Assembly (NCBI GenBank): GCA_963715865.1 | Contig: OY970280.1 | Location: 480,001-544,000 of the forward strand | Origin: Candidatus Bathyarchaeota archaeon | Lineage (GTDB): Archaea > Thermoproteota > Bathyarchaeia > Bathyarchaeales > Bathycorpusculaceae | Direction: 5' to 3' | Length of the DNA stretch: 64,000 nucleotides | Part shown: one piece after another, positions 1-9,085 of the stretch | How the letters are laid out: every line of letters begins with the position of its first letter | Position numbering within the stretch: the stretch's first letter is position 1 | The notes under the pieces: model-generated | Database searches by the model: none | What the model was told of the DNA's origin: nothing | The model's input: the letters and a program-made list of their open reading frames with translations, nothing else | Program-made: the position numbers and the translations under genes

Positions 1-165
1 GTACCCGTCCCAAGCTGTGAATTTGCCGCCGACCACTGCTTTGCCTGTGGCTTTGCTGCCCGTGAATTTGCCGTGTTTTTTCGCGTCAACGTAAGCCTCG
101 TAAACTTCTTTTGGAGAGGCTGGAATAACCACTTTCTGCTTTATGGTTGTAACTTCTGTTTTCAT
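1..165 (-). CDS. SRPBCC/AHSA1-like domain protein (5' part, runs off window)
   Basis: Manual translation MKTEVTTIKQKVVIPASPKEVYEAYVDAKKHGKFTG...GGKFTAWDGY, typical Aha1/SRPBCC N-terminus. Confidence 0.75.
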   Translation of the reverse strand, partial: MKTEVTTIKQKVVIPASPKEVYEAYVDAKKHGKFTGSKATGKAVVGGKFTAWDGY

Positions 166-249
166 AAAAAACGTCACCTATCTCTAGTAGCTGGAAGGGT
201 TTTTAACTCTGACGCTTAATTAGCAGTTATTGCGAAAGGAGCAAAACGT

Positions 250-456
250 ATGGTCACAAGAGGTCAACGCAGACTAGGCAAAACAATAAGGAAACTAGAA
301 GGAAGCGTAGAGCTCAGCACCAAAGAAAGCCACGCAAAGGAATCAGAGAAGAAATACAAACAAAAAGCTCAAGCATCCTTGGGTTACACGGATGATTCGC
401 CAATACAGAACTTACGTGACCCTTCAAAATGGAAAAAAGATAAGGCAGAAGCGTAA
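250..456 (+). CDS. small basic hypothetical protein
   Basis: 68 aa ORF, AT-rich promoter-like tract upstream, no recognisable motif. Confidence 0.45.
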   Translation: MVTRGQRRLGKTIRKLEGSVELSTKESHAKESEKKYKQKAQASLGYTDDSPIQNLRDPSKWKKDKAEA

Positions 457-621
457 GCGAGTTCTCAGCAGTAGAAAAAGGGGGTAGGCTATTTGCTTGG
501 TCGTTTAAGCAGCAAAAAGAGGACCCCTAAGGTTGACCAGGGAATGTATTTACGTCTAAATTGCGCCTATACCCTCCAAGTTTTTAAAGCTGGAAACATT
601 TAGTTTTATTGTGAAAGTTTT

Positions 622-981
622 ATGTCGGCTTCTTTAGATGTGGCAAGCGATTGGAATTTTAGGATTCTTGATAAACGGTTGGTTGTTGTTAAAACTAAAA
701 ATGATAGCGTGCGCAAGGTTGCTGTTTTAGACGTTTTAAGCAACTTGACATTTGCGGTTGAAGTGCCAGACACGATTTCAATGCAAGAGCTAAATGCTGA
801 GAAAGAATATTTGGCTAACTTGAAAGTTTACACATCAAAAAACCTAAAAGACGTAGATAAGGACTTCATCAATTTCTTCGAAGCCTTGGACGTGGACCAA
901 AGCATCGAAGACTTCATCAAAGCATATTGGATTTACCCAAGCAAAATACGCTTTGAACTAGTGGACGTAGAAGAGTCATAG
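622..981 (+). CDS. hypothetical protein
   Basis: 119 aa ORF converging on ftsY, normal globular composition. Confidence 0.6.
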   Translation: MSASLDVASDWNFRILDKRLVVVKTKNDSVRKVAVLDVLSNLTFAVEVPDTISMQELNAEKEYLANLKVYTSKNLKDVDKDFINFFEALDVDQSIEDFIKAYWIYPSKIRFELVDVEES

Positions 982-982
982 T

Positions 983-1888
983 TTATCTTAGTATCATGTT
1001 GACGAATTTTTCAGGGTTGAACAGTTCCAAATCCTTGTAAGTTTGCCCAACGCCAATGAACAAAATCGGCTTCTGAGTCACGTACGTTACGCTTAACGAG
1101 GAACCACCCTTCACGTCAGCATCCACCTTCGTCAAAATCGTAGCATCAATGCCAACAGCCTTATTGAATTCTTCCGCTTGCATAACCGCATCATTGCCAA
1201 TCAACGAATCAACGGTTAAAACAGTCAAGTCAGGACCAACAACACGCTTCACTTTAACAAGCTCATTCATCAAGTTCTGATTCGTCTGCATTCTACCAGC
1301 AGTATCAATCAAAACAACATTAATTCCATGCGCCTTAGCATGACTCACAGCGTCAAAAGCTACCGCTGCAGGGTCACCACCATAATTGCTCTTAATGACA
1401 CGAATGCCTAAACGCTTTCCATGCTCATCTAACTGCTCAATCGAGCCCGCACGGTAAGTGTCAGCGCCAGCAAGCACCACTGAATAGCCTTTATCCCCGA
1501 AAAACTGCGCAACCTTAGCGATTGTAGTGGTTTTTCCTGTGCCGTTAATGCCGACAAACATTAAAACAAATGGCTCCTTCTTCTTGCGTTTCTCATCTGC
1601 CAACTTGAGCAAATCAATTCTTTTGTTAGTAACCATAACTTCCAAGAGAACTTGTCGGAGGTTTTCCTCAACGATTTTTTTTCTGTCTTCCAAGCGCTTA
1701 ACCTGAACGCCAACTAAGCGCTTTTCAAGTTCATCACAGATTTTGTCTGCTACGGGAAAAGCCACATCGTTTTCTGCAAGGCTCATTTTGAAATCTGATA
1801 AAATAGGGTTTAAATTTTCTGCTTTAAGCTCTGTTATTGTAACTTTGTTTACTAAGCCTTTAAAACCTGACTTGAGCTTCTCAAACAT
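983..1888 (-). CDS. ftsY: signal recognition particle receptor FtsY
   Basis: GINGTGKTTT, DTYRAG, DTAGR, TKVD GTPase motifs; start taken at MFEKLK (1888) rather than 1933. Confidence 0.97.
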   Translation of the reverse strand: MFEKLKSGFKGLVNKVTITELKAENLNPILSDFKMSLAENDVAFPVADKICDELEKRLVGVQVKRLEDRKKIVEENLRQVLLEVMVTNKRIDLLKLADEKRKKKEPFVLMFVGINGTGKTTTIAKVAQFFGDKGYSVVLAGADTYRAGSIEQLDEHGKRLGIRVIKSNYGGDPAAVAFDAVSHAKAHGINVVLIDTAGRMQTNQNLMNELVKVKRVVGPDLTVLTVDSLIGNDAVMQAEEFNKAVGIDATILTKVDADVKGGSSLSVTYVTQKPILFIGVGQTYKDLELFNPEKFVNMILR

Positions 1889-1892
1889 TGCT

Positions 1893-2354
1893 TCAAGGTT
1901 TCCCTTCTCTTGCTGTGGCAAGCAGGGTTTCAAGTCTGTTTCTGCCCGTGTTTATTCTTTCAGCCACTTGGGTAAACTGTTGCTGAGCTGAGTTCATGGT
2001 TTTTTCCAGTTCATCCAACCGTTCTTTAAGGATGGTTTTTGCTTCCTGCAAGGTCTTTTCAACAGATACTCCTGCACCCATTCCAACAATTACCTTGTTT
2101 GAGTCGGCAAGTTTAACTTTCACGTAAGCACTACCGCCAATTGGAACTAAAAGTTCACCGTTTTCTTTTTCCTTTTCAATTCCATCCAACGTCATGTTAG
2201 CATAAGCTAAGTCTGTAATAGCAGCGTTCACCATGCCGATGCGTTGTTGCAAGGTTTCCGCAGTTTGCTCTAGATAACGCATTTCCAAGCTAAGTCTACG
2301 AAGTTCTTCCTCTGTTTTACCTCTTTCTGCCAAGTGCTTATTCTCCAGCCACAA
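1893..2354 (-). CDS. pfdA: prefoldin alpha subunit
   Basis: Coiled coils flanking LVPIGGSAYVK...VIVGMGAGVSVEK hairpins; conserved position before ftsY. Confidence 0.93.
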   Translation of the reverse strand: MWLENKHLAERGKTEEELRRLSLEMRYLEQTAETLQQRIGMVNAAITDLAYANMTLDGIEKEKENGELLVPIGGSAYVKVKLADSNKVIVGMGAGVSVEKTLQEAKTILKERLDELEKTMNSAQQQFTQVAERINTGRNRLETLLATAREGKP

Positions 2355-2565
2355 TTTTCTTTAAAAGGGGATTCTCAATTTCTTCCGCAGAAATTTCTTC
2401 AACATTGGCTATTCTAATGTGGCATCTTTTCACGCGGTGTTTGCTGCCTATTTCAGCGTAAACCTTCTCCACTGCATGCTCACTCTTGTAAGCTAACACT
2501 TCCTTTACAAAGGGAGTAGTCAATTTTGGCTTATCGATTTCGCCAGTTACTTTGAAAGCCTTCAT
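2338..2565 (-). CDS. rpl18a: 50S ribosomal protein L18Ae/LX
   Basis: EKVYAEIGSKHRVKRCHIRI motif; conserved synteny. Confidence 0.92.
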   Translation of the reverse strand: MKAFKVTGEIDKPKLTTPFVKEVLAYKSEHAVEKVYAEIGSKHRVKRCHIRIANVEEISAEEIENPLLKKIVAGE

Positions 2566-3245
2566 TTTTCATCTTCCCGCACAACATCCAGCGCATTCCC
2601 AATAATAAACATCTCGGGTCCAGTTGTCATAGAGCCAGCCACAGCAGCATGCGAATTAGCTAGTAAGCCAGTTCCAACATATGGGATTCCACAGTTAACT
2701 GTGCCCACATCGACTGGAACTTTGAAAACGTTTTCTAATGTTTTCTTCTCTTCGTCCTTTAGTAATGGGTGAGCTAGTAAGCCTTTGTTTGTTGCAGTGG
2801 CTAATGAGCCGACATAGGGTAACCCTGCGATTTCTGTTGGCAGTGCCTCTACGCCTAGGGTTTCGGAGATTTGTTTTATTTCAGACGCTTTAAAGCGTGG
2901 ATCAACCACTGCTCCCTTGTCGCTGGCTAAGACTAGGTTACCATAAGCTGTCTTTTTTGTTTCCATAATGGTAATGTTGCCTTCAAAGGCTGATTTGATT
3001 TGTGTTAATTCTTCCTCTCGGACGGAGTTTGGAAGCAGCATCCCGTTTGAATTTGCGCATGCTAATGCACCTGCAAGGACTGAGCCGCTGATTGAGGTGT
3101 AGATAAGTTTAACTTTTAGCCAATCGGCGAACTCTTGAGCTTTTTCCTTGGGAACCATTCTTGGAATAACCACTATGCTCTCATTGGCTAACGAGTATAC
3201 GCCTATGCTTGCGCTTCCAACTATACTGGATAAGTAAACGGTCAA
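2562..3245 (-). CDS. eif6: translation initiation factor 6 (aIF-6)
   Basis: Repeats GSVLAGAL, YGNLVLA, YVGSLA, GTVNCGIPYVG, TTGPE. Confidence 0.96.
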   Translation of the reverse strand: MTVYLSSIVGSASIGVYSLANESIVVIPRMVPKEKAQEFADWLKVKLIYTSISGSVLAGALACANSNGMLLPNSVREEELTQIKSAFEGNITIMETKKTAYGNLVLASDKGAVVDPRFKASEIKQISETLGVEALPTEIAGLPYVGSLATATNKGLLAHPLLKDEEKKTLENVFKVPVDVGTVNCGIPYVGTGLLANSHAAVAGSMTTGPEMFIIGNALDVVREDEK

Positions 3246-3335
3246 GAATTAATTTCTCCTGATGATGAACATTAATGGCGAAGTTTCACGCATACTCCTT
3301 TTTTTAGATTGCGGTGCTCTTTTAACAATTAAAAA

Positions 3336-3407
3336 TTACTTTCCTGCTTGGCCTATTGGTATTTTTACTATGAATGTGGTGCCTTTTCCAACTTGACTAT
3401 CAAAAGT
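3336..3407 (-). pseudogene. 3' remnant of a sensor histidine kinase (HATPase G2 box)
   Basis: Manual translation TFDSQVGKGTTFIVKIPIGQAGK*. Confidence 0.65.
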
Positions 3408-3465
3408 AGGTATAGTCTCTCTTACGAGCAATAGAATGAAAGAAAATAAAAAATTAAAGAAATAA

Positions 3466-3957
3466 TTATTGAGCTTCAGCTAAGTAAACGGTTACGTTGC
3501 CGTCTTTGTCTTTAGCTGCGCGTACCCGAATCTTGCGAGGAGGCTTTTCAATTCCCCTGCTCCAGATTTTCTCGTTAACTTCCTTGCTTATCAAAAGTTG
3601 AGGCAGTTCTTCCTCTTCCTCTTCTTCGGACACTTTAACTTCAAGTTTCATGTGTTTTGTTATGAAAGCTTTAATCATTTGGATTGCACGTGGAGCACGC
3701 TTCTTTGGGGGCCTAACCAGCGCTTTCTGCAGAGGAATCGTGTAGGTTCGTTCTTCAACAATCTCTTCTTCCTCTTTCTTTTTCTTGCGTGGTTTGGCTT
3801 TCTCCTCTTCTTCTGCTGGCTGCTCTTCAGCTGGAGCTTCCTCTTTTGCCGCTTCTTCTACAGGTTCTTCTTTCTCGATTTTTTCGTCTTCGTTAAGTTC
3901 TGGTAATTCTTTTGCTTCTTCAGTTTTCTGCTGTTCTTCTTTGTCTTCTTTAACCAT
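3466..3957 (-). CDS. rpl31e: 50S ribosomal protein L31e with acidic N-terminal extension
   Basis: ERTYTIPL, KKRAPRAI, IWSRGIEKPPRKIRV. Confidence 0.96.
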   Translation of the reverse strand: MVKEDKEEQQKTEEAKELPELNEDEKIEKEEPVEEAAKEEAPAEEQPAEEEEKAKPRKKKKEEEEIVEERTYTIPLQKALVRPPKKRAPRAIQMIKAFITKHMKLEVKVSEEEEEEELPQLLISKEVNEKIWSRGIEKPPRKIRVRAAKDKDGNVTVYLAEAQ

Positions 3958-3973
3958 GTAACTTCTACTTCTC

Positions 3974-4132
3974 CTATGCCTTTATTTTCCTGGTTCTCCA
4001 GTTTCGTCTTTGCTTAGGGTTATTTCTAACTTTACCATCAGTTCGGGCAATTACCCAAGTTGGAACAGACTCTGCCTCTTTGCCAGCTTTAGCTAGCCTA
4101 CGTTTTTTTGCTGTAGGTTTAACTCGTGCCAT
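3974..4132 (-). CDS. rpl39e: 50S ribosomal protein L39e (not in ORF track)
   Basis: Manual translation MARVKPTAKKRRLAKA...VPTWVIART...RRNWRTRKIKA, 52 aa; canonical position. Confidence 0.95.
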   Translation of the reverse strand: MARVKPTAKKRRLAKAGKEAESVPTWVIARTDGKVRNNPKQRRNWRTRKIKA

Positions 4133-4136
4133 GTTT

Positions 4137-4466
4137 TCATATCCTTCTTATTGTTGGTTCCCGCTTCCGTGATTGAAGCTGAATCAATATTTGCTTGAGC
4201 TGAGTATCTGACAATGGAATAGGCAACTTGCCAATTTGCGCCATCTCAATCAACTGCAGTTCTATTTGCTCTATGAATTCAGGCTTAACCATCTTCAGGT
4301 TATTTAGCCTTTGCCGAGCTTCAGGCGTCAATATTTTGCTTAGCAACGCCTGTTTTTGAGCGTCCAATTGCGATTCTGCTTGAGCTTGTCTTTGCTCGTC
4401 ACTTACTCTTTGCTGCATTGACAATAGTTTTCTTTTGCGGATCTGCTCAAGCTCTTCATCCGACAT
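4137..4466 (-). CDS. PDCD5-like DNA-binding protein
   Basis: ILTPEARQRLNNLKMVKPE...LIEMAQ motif; conserved next to rps19e. Confidence 0.92.
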   Translation of the reverse strand: MSDEELEQIRKRKLLSMQQRVSDEQRQAQAESQLDAQKQALLSKILTPEARQRLNNLKMVKPEFIEQIELQLIEMAQIGKLPIPLSDTQLKQILIQLQSRKREPTIRRI

Positions 4467-4471
4467 TGTTG

Positions 4472-4936
4472 CTATTCGCCTTGATACTTCTTGAGCTCTG
4501 GGATAGTTTTAACTATTTCCTTATGCAAGTCTCCAGCAACTTCCTGAAGAAGCTTGCGACCTTTAGGAGTCATTCTTCTGCCCTGAGGTCTTGTGGTTTG
4601 AACTAAACCAGCAGTCTCAAGTTGCTGCAGAATCTTGCGGATGCCACTTCCACCTGCTTTAACTACATGTGAACGTTTAACACCATTATTTTTTCTTCCG
4701 CCGTAATCAGCACGCAGTTTCTCCAATCCGATTGGACCATGAACGTAAACTTTGCGAAGTATGGATGCACTTCGAGTATACCACCAATTCGGATTCTGCG
4801 GCTGCTTTTCTACATGATTGCCTGTTTTAACAAAACTTGCCCAGGGAAGAGGCTGAACTTCATCAACATTTTCCCTAAGATACTTAGCTAACTTATCAAT
4901 GAATTTTGAAGCTGGAACGTCATAAGGAGTCGTCAA
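4472..4936 (-). CDS. rps19e: 30S ribosomal protein S19e
   Basis: WWYTRSASILRKVY, GGSGIRKILQQLE, GRRMT. Confidence 0.97.
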   Translation of the reverse strand: MTTPYDVPASKFIDKLAKYLRENVDEVQPLPWASFVKTGNHVEKQPQNPNWWYTRSASILRKVYVHGPIGLEKLRADYGGRKNNGVKRSHVVKAGGSGIRKILQQLETAGLVQTTRPQGRRMTPKGRKLLQEVAGDLHKEIVKTIPELKKYQGE

Positions 4937-5125
4937 GATGCTCTATCCTTTGTTTTTCCTTGCAGTAAAACAATGAAGCCTAATATAAATATTCTCTGAA
5001 CAACTAGTAAACTCTAGGTGCTCTTTTTTAATTAGCTTATATAAAAAGCAAGATATAGCTAATTACGTTTTTCTTGAATAGTAATGCTTATAGGTATATA
5101 CGTAATGTATATCTTTTTGATTCAT

Positions 5126-5353
5126 ATGGGGCAGATTGATGTTATTACGGTTAAGGTTCCGAGTGAATTAAAGAAGAAAATGAAGCAGATCAACATCAAC
5201 TGGAGCGAGTATATCAGGGAAAGCATCAAAAAAAAGATAGATGCGCAGAGATTAAAAGCCGCTTCTGTTAAGCTTGATGAAGTTCGGATGCGAGCTAAAC
5301 CTGTACCTACCGATGAGCTGATATCCTGGATTAGAGAGGACAGGGAGAGATAA
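5126..5353 (+). CDS. vapB: VapB-type antitoxin (RHH-like)
   Basis: VITVKVPSELKKKM...INWSEYIRESI; directly upstream of PIN gene; start at MGQID. Confidence 0.85.
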   Translation: MGQIDVITVKVPSELKKKMKQININWSEYIRESIKKKIDAQRLKAASVKLDEVRMRAKPVPTDELISWIREDRER

Positions 5354-5787
5354 ACACGGCTCGCTACGTTGTGGATGCTAGCATAGTCGCAAAATGGGTC
5401 CTGCCAGGTGAACCGCATCAAGAAAACGCAGTTAAATTAATGGAAGACCATGTCTCAGGAACTGCTGAATTATGTGCACCTTCTTTCATATCACAGGAGA
5501 TCGCTAATGCTCTTTGGAGAGCTGTAAAACTAAGAAGAATTTCCGATGAAGATGCCCAGATATCCTTGAAAGCCTTAAACGATATGCAAATAGAACTCTA
5601 TGAGTTAGATTGGGACCAGCTATCTCAAACACTAAAGATAGCATGCAAATTAAACTTGACAATTTATGATGCATCATACCTTTTTCTAACTCAAAAAGTC
5701 AAAAGCCGACTTATCACAGCCGACAACAAACTATACGAAATGGCAAAAGGGCACTTCGAAGTATTACATATCAAAGACTACTTGTGA
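5350..5787 (+). CDS. vapC: VapC PIN-domain toxin
   Basis: YVVDASIVAKW, EIANALW, TIYDASY, ITAD; frame open from ATA at 5350 (track start GTG 5371 lies inside the first motif). Confidence 0.9.
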   Translation: MNTARYVVDASIVAKWVLPGEPHQENAVKLMEDHVSGTAELCAPSFISQEIANALWRAVKLRRISDEDAQISLKALNDMQIELYELDWDQLSQTLKIACKLNLTIYDASYLFLTQKVKSRLITADNKLYEMAKGHFEVLHIKDYL

Positions 5788-5933
5788 TTCACTAACATAA
5801 GCTAATAGCCCTTGTTTTAAGACGCTAACTGCGTAGGCGCATTAGGTTTCATCTAGTTCTATCCCTACAGACTTCAAACATATTTTGAAAATTAAAGTGC
5901 AAAAATGGTTGCTAAAGCCGAAGGCAGGCGATT

Positions 5934-6233
5934 TTATTTTGGGGGCTCTACTGCTTTACGCTTTCTAAAAAGAATAAACACGTGACCTCTAACCTCAACC
6001 AAAGCAGCTCCAGTTTGCTCAGCAGCCTTAGCTGCTATCGCCTGAGCTGTGTTATCCCCCTGCAACGCGGCAGGCAAAATCTTTACCTTAACCATTTTGT
6101 TCTTCTGAAGTTGCTTCTCAATCTCACCTATCAACTGAGGAGTCAAGCCATCCTTGCCGACCCAAATGGTAGGATTCTCATCTTTCAACACGTGCCTAAC
6201 ATGACGCTTCATTCGAGTAGTTATTTTGCTCAA
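5934..6233 (-). CDS. yhbY: YhbY/CRM RNA-binding protein
   Basis: PTIWVGKDGLT...MVKVKIL...VRGHVFILFR. Confidence 0.92.
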   Translation of the reverse strand: MSKITTRMKRHVRHVLKDENPTIWVGKDGLTPQLIGEIEKQLQKNKMVKVKILPAALQGDNTAQAIAAKAAEQTGAALVEVRGHVFILFRKRKAVEPPK

Positions 6234-6555
6234 GTTCCATTTGCTCCTTTTTCTTCCTTAACGATATACGAGTCTGGTTGCCGCAGTTTAAACACGTTAT
6301 TACAACATGAGGCTCCCTTTTCTGCTTTATCCTAATGCGACAATTATAACCCTGCACAAGCAGCGCATTACAGTTTTTGCAAGTTTCACGCTTGAACTCA
6401 ACTGGCAAACGAATTTTTGCAGCCATAGCAATTCTCCTAGCGGACTTAATGTACTGCATGGCTAATTGGGGATTAGTCTTGCGAACCTGCTTTGCCTGCT
6501 CAAACAATATTTGAATCCGCTGTTTTGCTATTTGCTTAACACTGGTCGGTTTCAT
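6196..6555 (-). CDS. rnp4: RNase P protein component 4 (Rpp21)
   Basis: IAKQRIQILF, CKNC and CLNC zinc ligands. Confidence 0.93.
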   Translation of the reverse strand: MKPTSVKQIAKQRIQILFEQAKQVRKTNPQLAMQYIKSARRIAMAAKIRLPVEFKRETCKNCNALLVQGYNCRIRIKQKREPHVVITCLNCGNQTRISLRKKKEQMELEQNNYSNEASC

Positions 6556-6611
6556 CTATTTCCCAAACAACCCAAAAAATACTAGACTCACACATAACAC
6601 TTGCGTATAAG

Positions 6612-7502
6612 TTAACGTCTTTTCTTTGAAAGCTCAAATTTCAACCTTTTCAACGCTTCATCAATCTCAAGCGGCTTATTCCGCAATACTTGCTGAGCCT
6701 TTGAAGTATCAAGCGAAGAATCCATAGGCCGTTTTGCAGGCCACTTAAACTGTGAAGATAAAGCAGGGTCAATCAGGCTCTTATCCAAGGCAAAAGCCTC
6801 AGCGATTAATTCAGCAAACTGGTACCTGCTGACGCGTGTGGCGCCACAAAGATGAAACGTTCCTGTTAACCTGCGCTCAACAGCTTCCAAGGTCATCTCA
6901 GCCAAATTTGTGTTCAACGTAGGCGTGTTCCACTGGTCAGTCACAATCTTAACACGTTCACCCTTACCAAGCGCATCAATTAGCCAGAGAGCAAAATTGA
7001 CTTTTCCAGCGGCAGGAGTTGAACCGTAAATAACGCTTGGCCTTGCAATAAAGTATTCTGCTTGAGTTTTTATCAATTCTTCAGCTTTAAGTTTGGTTAC
7101 ACCGTAATAATTAATCGGGTCAGGCTTATCCGACTCCTTGTATTTACCCTTTTCACCGTTGAAAACGTAATCTGTTGAAATATAAATCAGGAATGAGCCC
7201 GTATGTTTGGCTGCTTCCGCGATGTTTTTTGTGCCTTCAACATTTATTTTCCAAGCAAGCTCCTTATTCAACTCACACTTATCCACATCAGTCAAAGTAG
7301 CAGCATGAACTACAACGTCAGGCTTAACTCGCTTAAACGCCTCATTAACCAACTCCTTATTTGAAACGTCAAATTTAACGAAGTTACCACAAACCGGCAA
7401 CTCCTGAACATCACATGAATAAACCTCAAAATTTCTTGCAACGGCAATTTCCGCTAGTTTTGAACCATAAAGACCACTGGCGCCAGTGATCAAAAGTTTC
7501 AA
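6612..7502 (-). CDS. rfbD: dTDP-4-dehydrorhamnose reductase
   Basis: ITGASGLYG, STDYVF, YGVTK; TTG start at 7502 overlapping rfbB stop. Confidence 0.93.
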   Translation of the reverse strand: MKLLITGASGLYGSKLAEIAVARNFEVYSCDVQELPVCGNFVKFDVSNKELVNEAFKRVKPDVVVHAATLTDVDKCELNKELAWKINVEGTKNIAEAAKHTGSFLIYISTDYVFNGEKGKYKESDKPDPINYYGVTKLKAEELIKTQAEYFIARPSVIYGSTPAAGKVNFALWLIDALGKGERVKIVTDQWNTPTLNTNLAEMTLEAVERRLTGTFHLCGATRVSRYQFAELIAEAFALDKSLIDPALSSQFKWPAKRPMDSSLDTSKAQQVLRNKPLEIDEALKRLKFELSKKRR

Positions 7503-8506
7503 TGAAAACCACCTAACTTCCAAGGCGTCGGATGAAGAATCACGTCCGTGGCAAACGGCGTCCACCAATGCTCATTTTCTAGATACCACCCAACAGTCGA
7601 CTCCAAAGATTCCTCGAAACTAAATTTTGGCTGCCAACCCAGCATGGATCTTATTTTTGAAGAATCCAAACTGTATCTTGTGTCATGCCCTGGACGGTCT
7701 TCCACAAAAGTAATCAAACTCTCAGGCTTATGCAACAAAGCAATAATTTTTTTCGCAATCTCAATGTTAGGAACTTCATTCCCAGCTGAAACATTGTATA
7801 TTTCTCCAGCATTTCCTTTTTCAAGAACCGTTGCAATTGCTTCGCAGTGGTCTTGAACGTAAATCCAATCGCGAATGTTTTGCCCAGACCCGTAAATCGG
7901 TATCGGAAGGTCCCTTAGCGCACGAATAACGATTTTAGGAATCAGCTTCTCCGGAAGTTGATAAGGACCAAAATTGTTCGTACAACGTGTGATGGACACG
8001 TTCAAACCATAAGTTTTATGGTAAGATAACACAAACATGTCAGCAGCCGCTTTAGAAGCTGAGTAAGGATTAGACGGCTTAGGCGGATTATTCTCCGTAA
8101 ATGACCCTTCAAGCGCTTCGCCGTAAACCTCGTCAGTGGACACCTGCAAAAGCCTAGCTTTATGATTATGCTTGCGTATGACCTCTAAAATAGTAAAGGT
8201 GCCAATCGTATTATTCTGCAAAAACACGTAGGGATCTGCAATGCTCCTGTCCACATGAGTCTCCGCCGCAATATTCACAACAGCATCCACTTGATGGATT
8301 AGCCTGTTCATAAGCTGCGGATTGCAAATGTCACCCTTAATGAAAGTATACCTTTTGTCATTTTCAATGTCATGAAGGTTAACTGGGTTAGCGCCTATGC
8401 CTATCTTGTCAACATTTATCAATTCGTAATCAGGATACTTCGCAAGCATGTGCCTGCAAAAATTGCTTCCGATAAAGCCTAAACCGCCAGTAACTAACAC
8501 TTTCAT
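7499..8506 (-). CDS. rfbB: dTDP-glucose 4,6-dehydratase
   Basis: VTGGLGFIGSN, AAETHVDRSI, STDEVYG, YSASK, DRPGHD. Confidence 0.96.
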   Translation of the reverse strand: MKVLVTGGLGFIGSNFCRHMLAKYPDYELINVDKIGIGANPVNLHDIENDKRYTFIKGDICNPQLMNRLIHQVDAVVNIAAETHVDRSIADPYVFLQNNTIGTFTILEVIRKHNHKARLLQVSTDEVYGEALEGSFTENNPPKPSNPYSASKAAADMFVLSYHKTYGLNVSITRCTNNFGPYQLPEKLIPKIVIRALRDLPIPIYGSGQNIRDWIYVQDHCEAIATVLEKGNAGEIYNVSAGNEVPNIEIAKKIIALLHKPESLITFVEDRPGHDTRYSLDSSKIRSMLGWQPKFSFEESLESTVGWYLENEHWWTPFATDVILHPTPWKLGGFH

Positions 8507-8512
8507 AATTCA

Positions 8513-9016
8513 TCACTTATGAGGGGGATAATTCCAATCCCAAGGTTTACCAACACGCGCATCATTCTTTTTGCCGTTGATAATTTTAGGAATAAGTGTC
8601 GGGTCATTCCAAGGTCTGCGCTCTTCATCCGGATTAGCTGGGTCATAAAGGTTAGTGGTGAAGTACAACAGCATAGCTGGTTCGTTACCGAGTGCTTTAA
8701 AGCCGTGCCAATAATGACCTGGAATACGCACTACTTGCAGGTCTAAGGCGCTGGAGATAATCTCGTTAATTTCTTCTGTTTTCTCATCAAACGCGCAAAT
8801 TTTTATTAATCCTTTTAGAGCCAAAAAATAGTCCGTTTGTCCTTTAAGGTGCCTATGCCACGCGCGAATAATGTTAGGATACGTTAATGAAAGATTTGCT
8901 TGTGCAATTGTGTCGTCTGCAAATAAGTCTTTCCAATCTTTACGCATAACTTCAGTAAAGAAGCCTCTCTCGTCTGGAAACCGGTCTATTGGTTTAATTC
9001 TTATTCCTTTTAACAT
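8513..9016 (-). CDS. rfbC: dTDP-4-dehydrorhamnose 3,5-epimerase
   Basis: DERGFFTE, RAWHRH, IPGHYWHGF cupin motifs. Confidence 0.92.
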   Translation of the reverse strand: MLKGIRIKPIDRFPDERGFFTEVMRKDWKDLFADDTIAQANLSLTYPNIIRAWHRHLKGQTDYFLALKGLIKICAFDEKTEEINEIISSALDLQVVRIPGHYWHGFKALGNEPAMLLYFTTNLYDPANPDEERRPWNDPTLIPKIINGKKNDARVGKPWDWNYPPHK

Positions 9017-9085
9017 GGATTATTCCTTGTCTTATTCCTAACATATTTTCTAAAAATATTTATAATAGTTGTCATGTTCTCGGGG

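Noticed and set aside
1889-1933. FtsY N-terminal extension in the ORF track
   Set aside because: Overlaps the pfdA end; MFEKLK at 1888 is the typical start.
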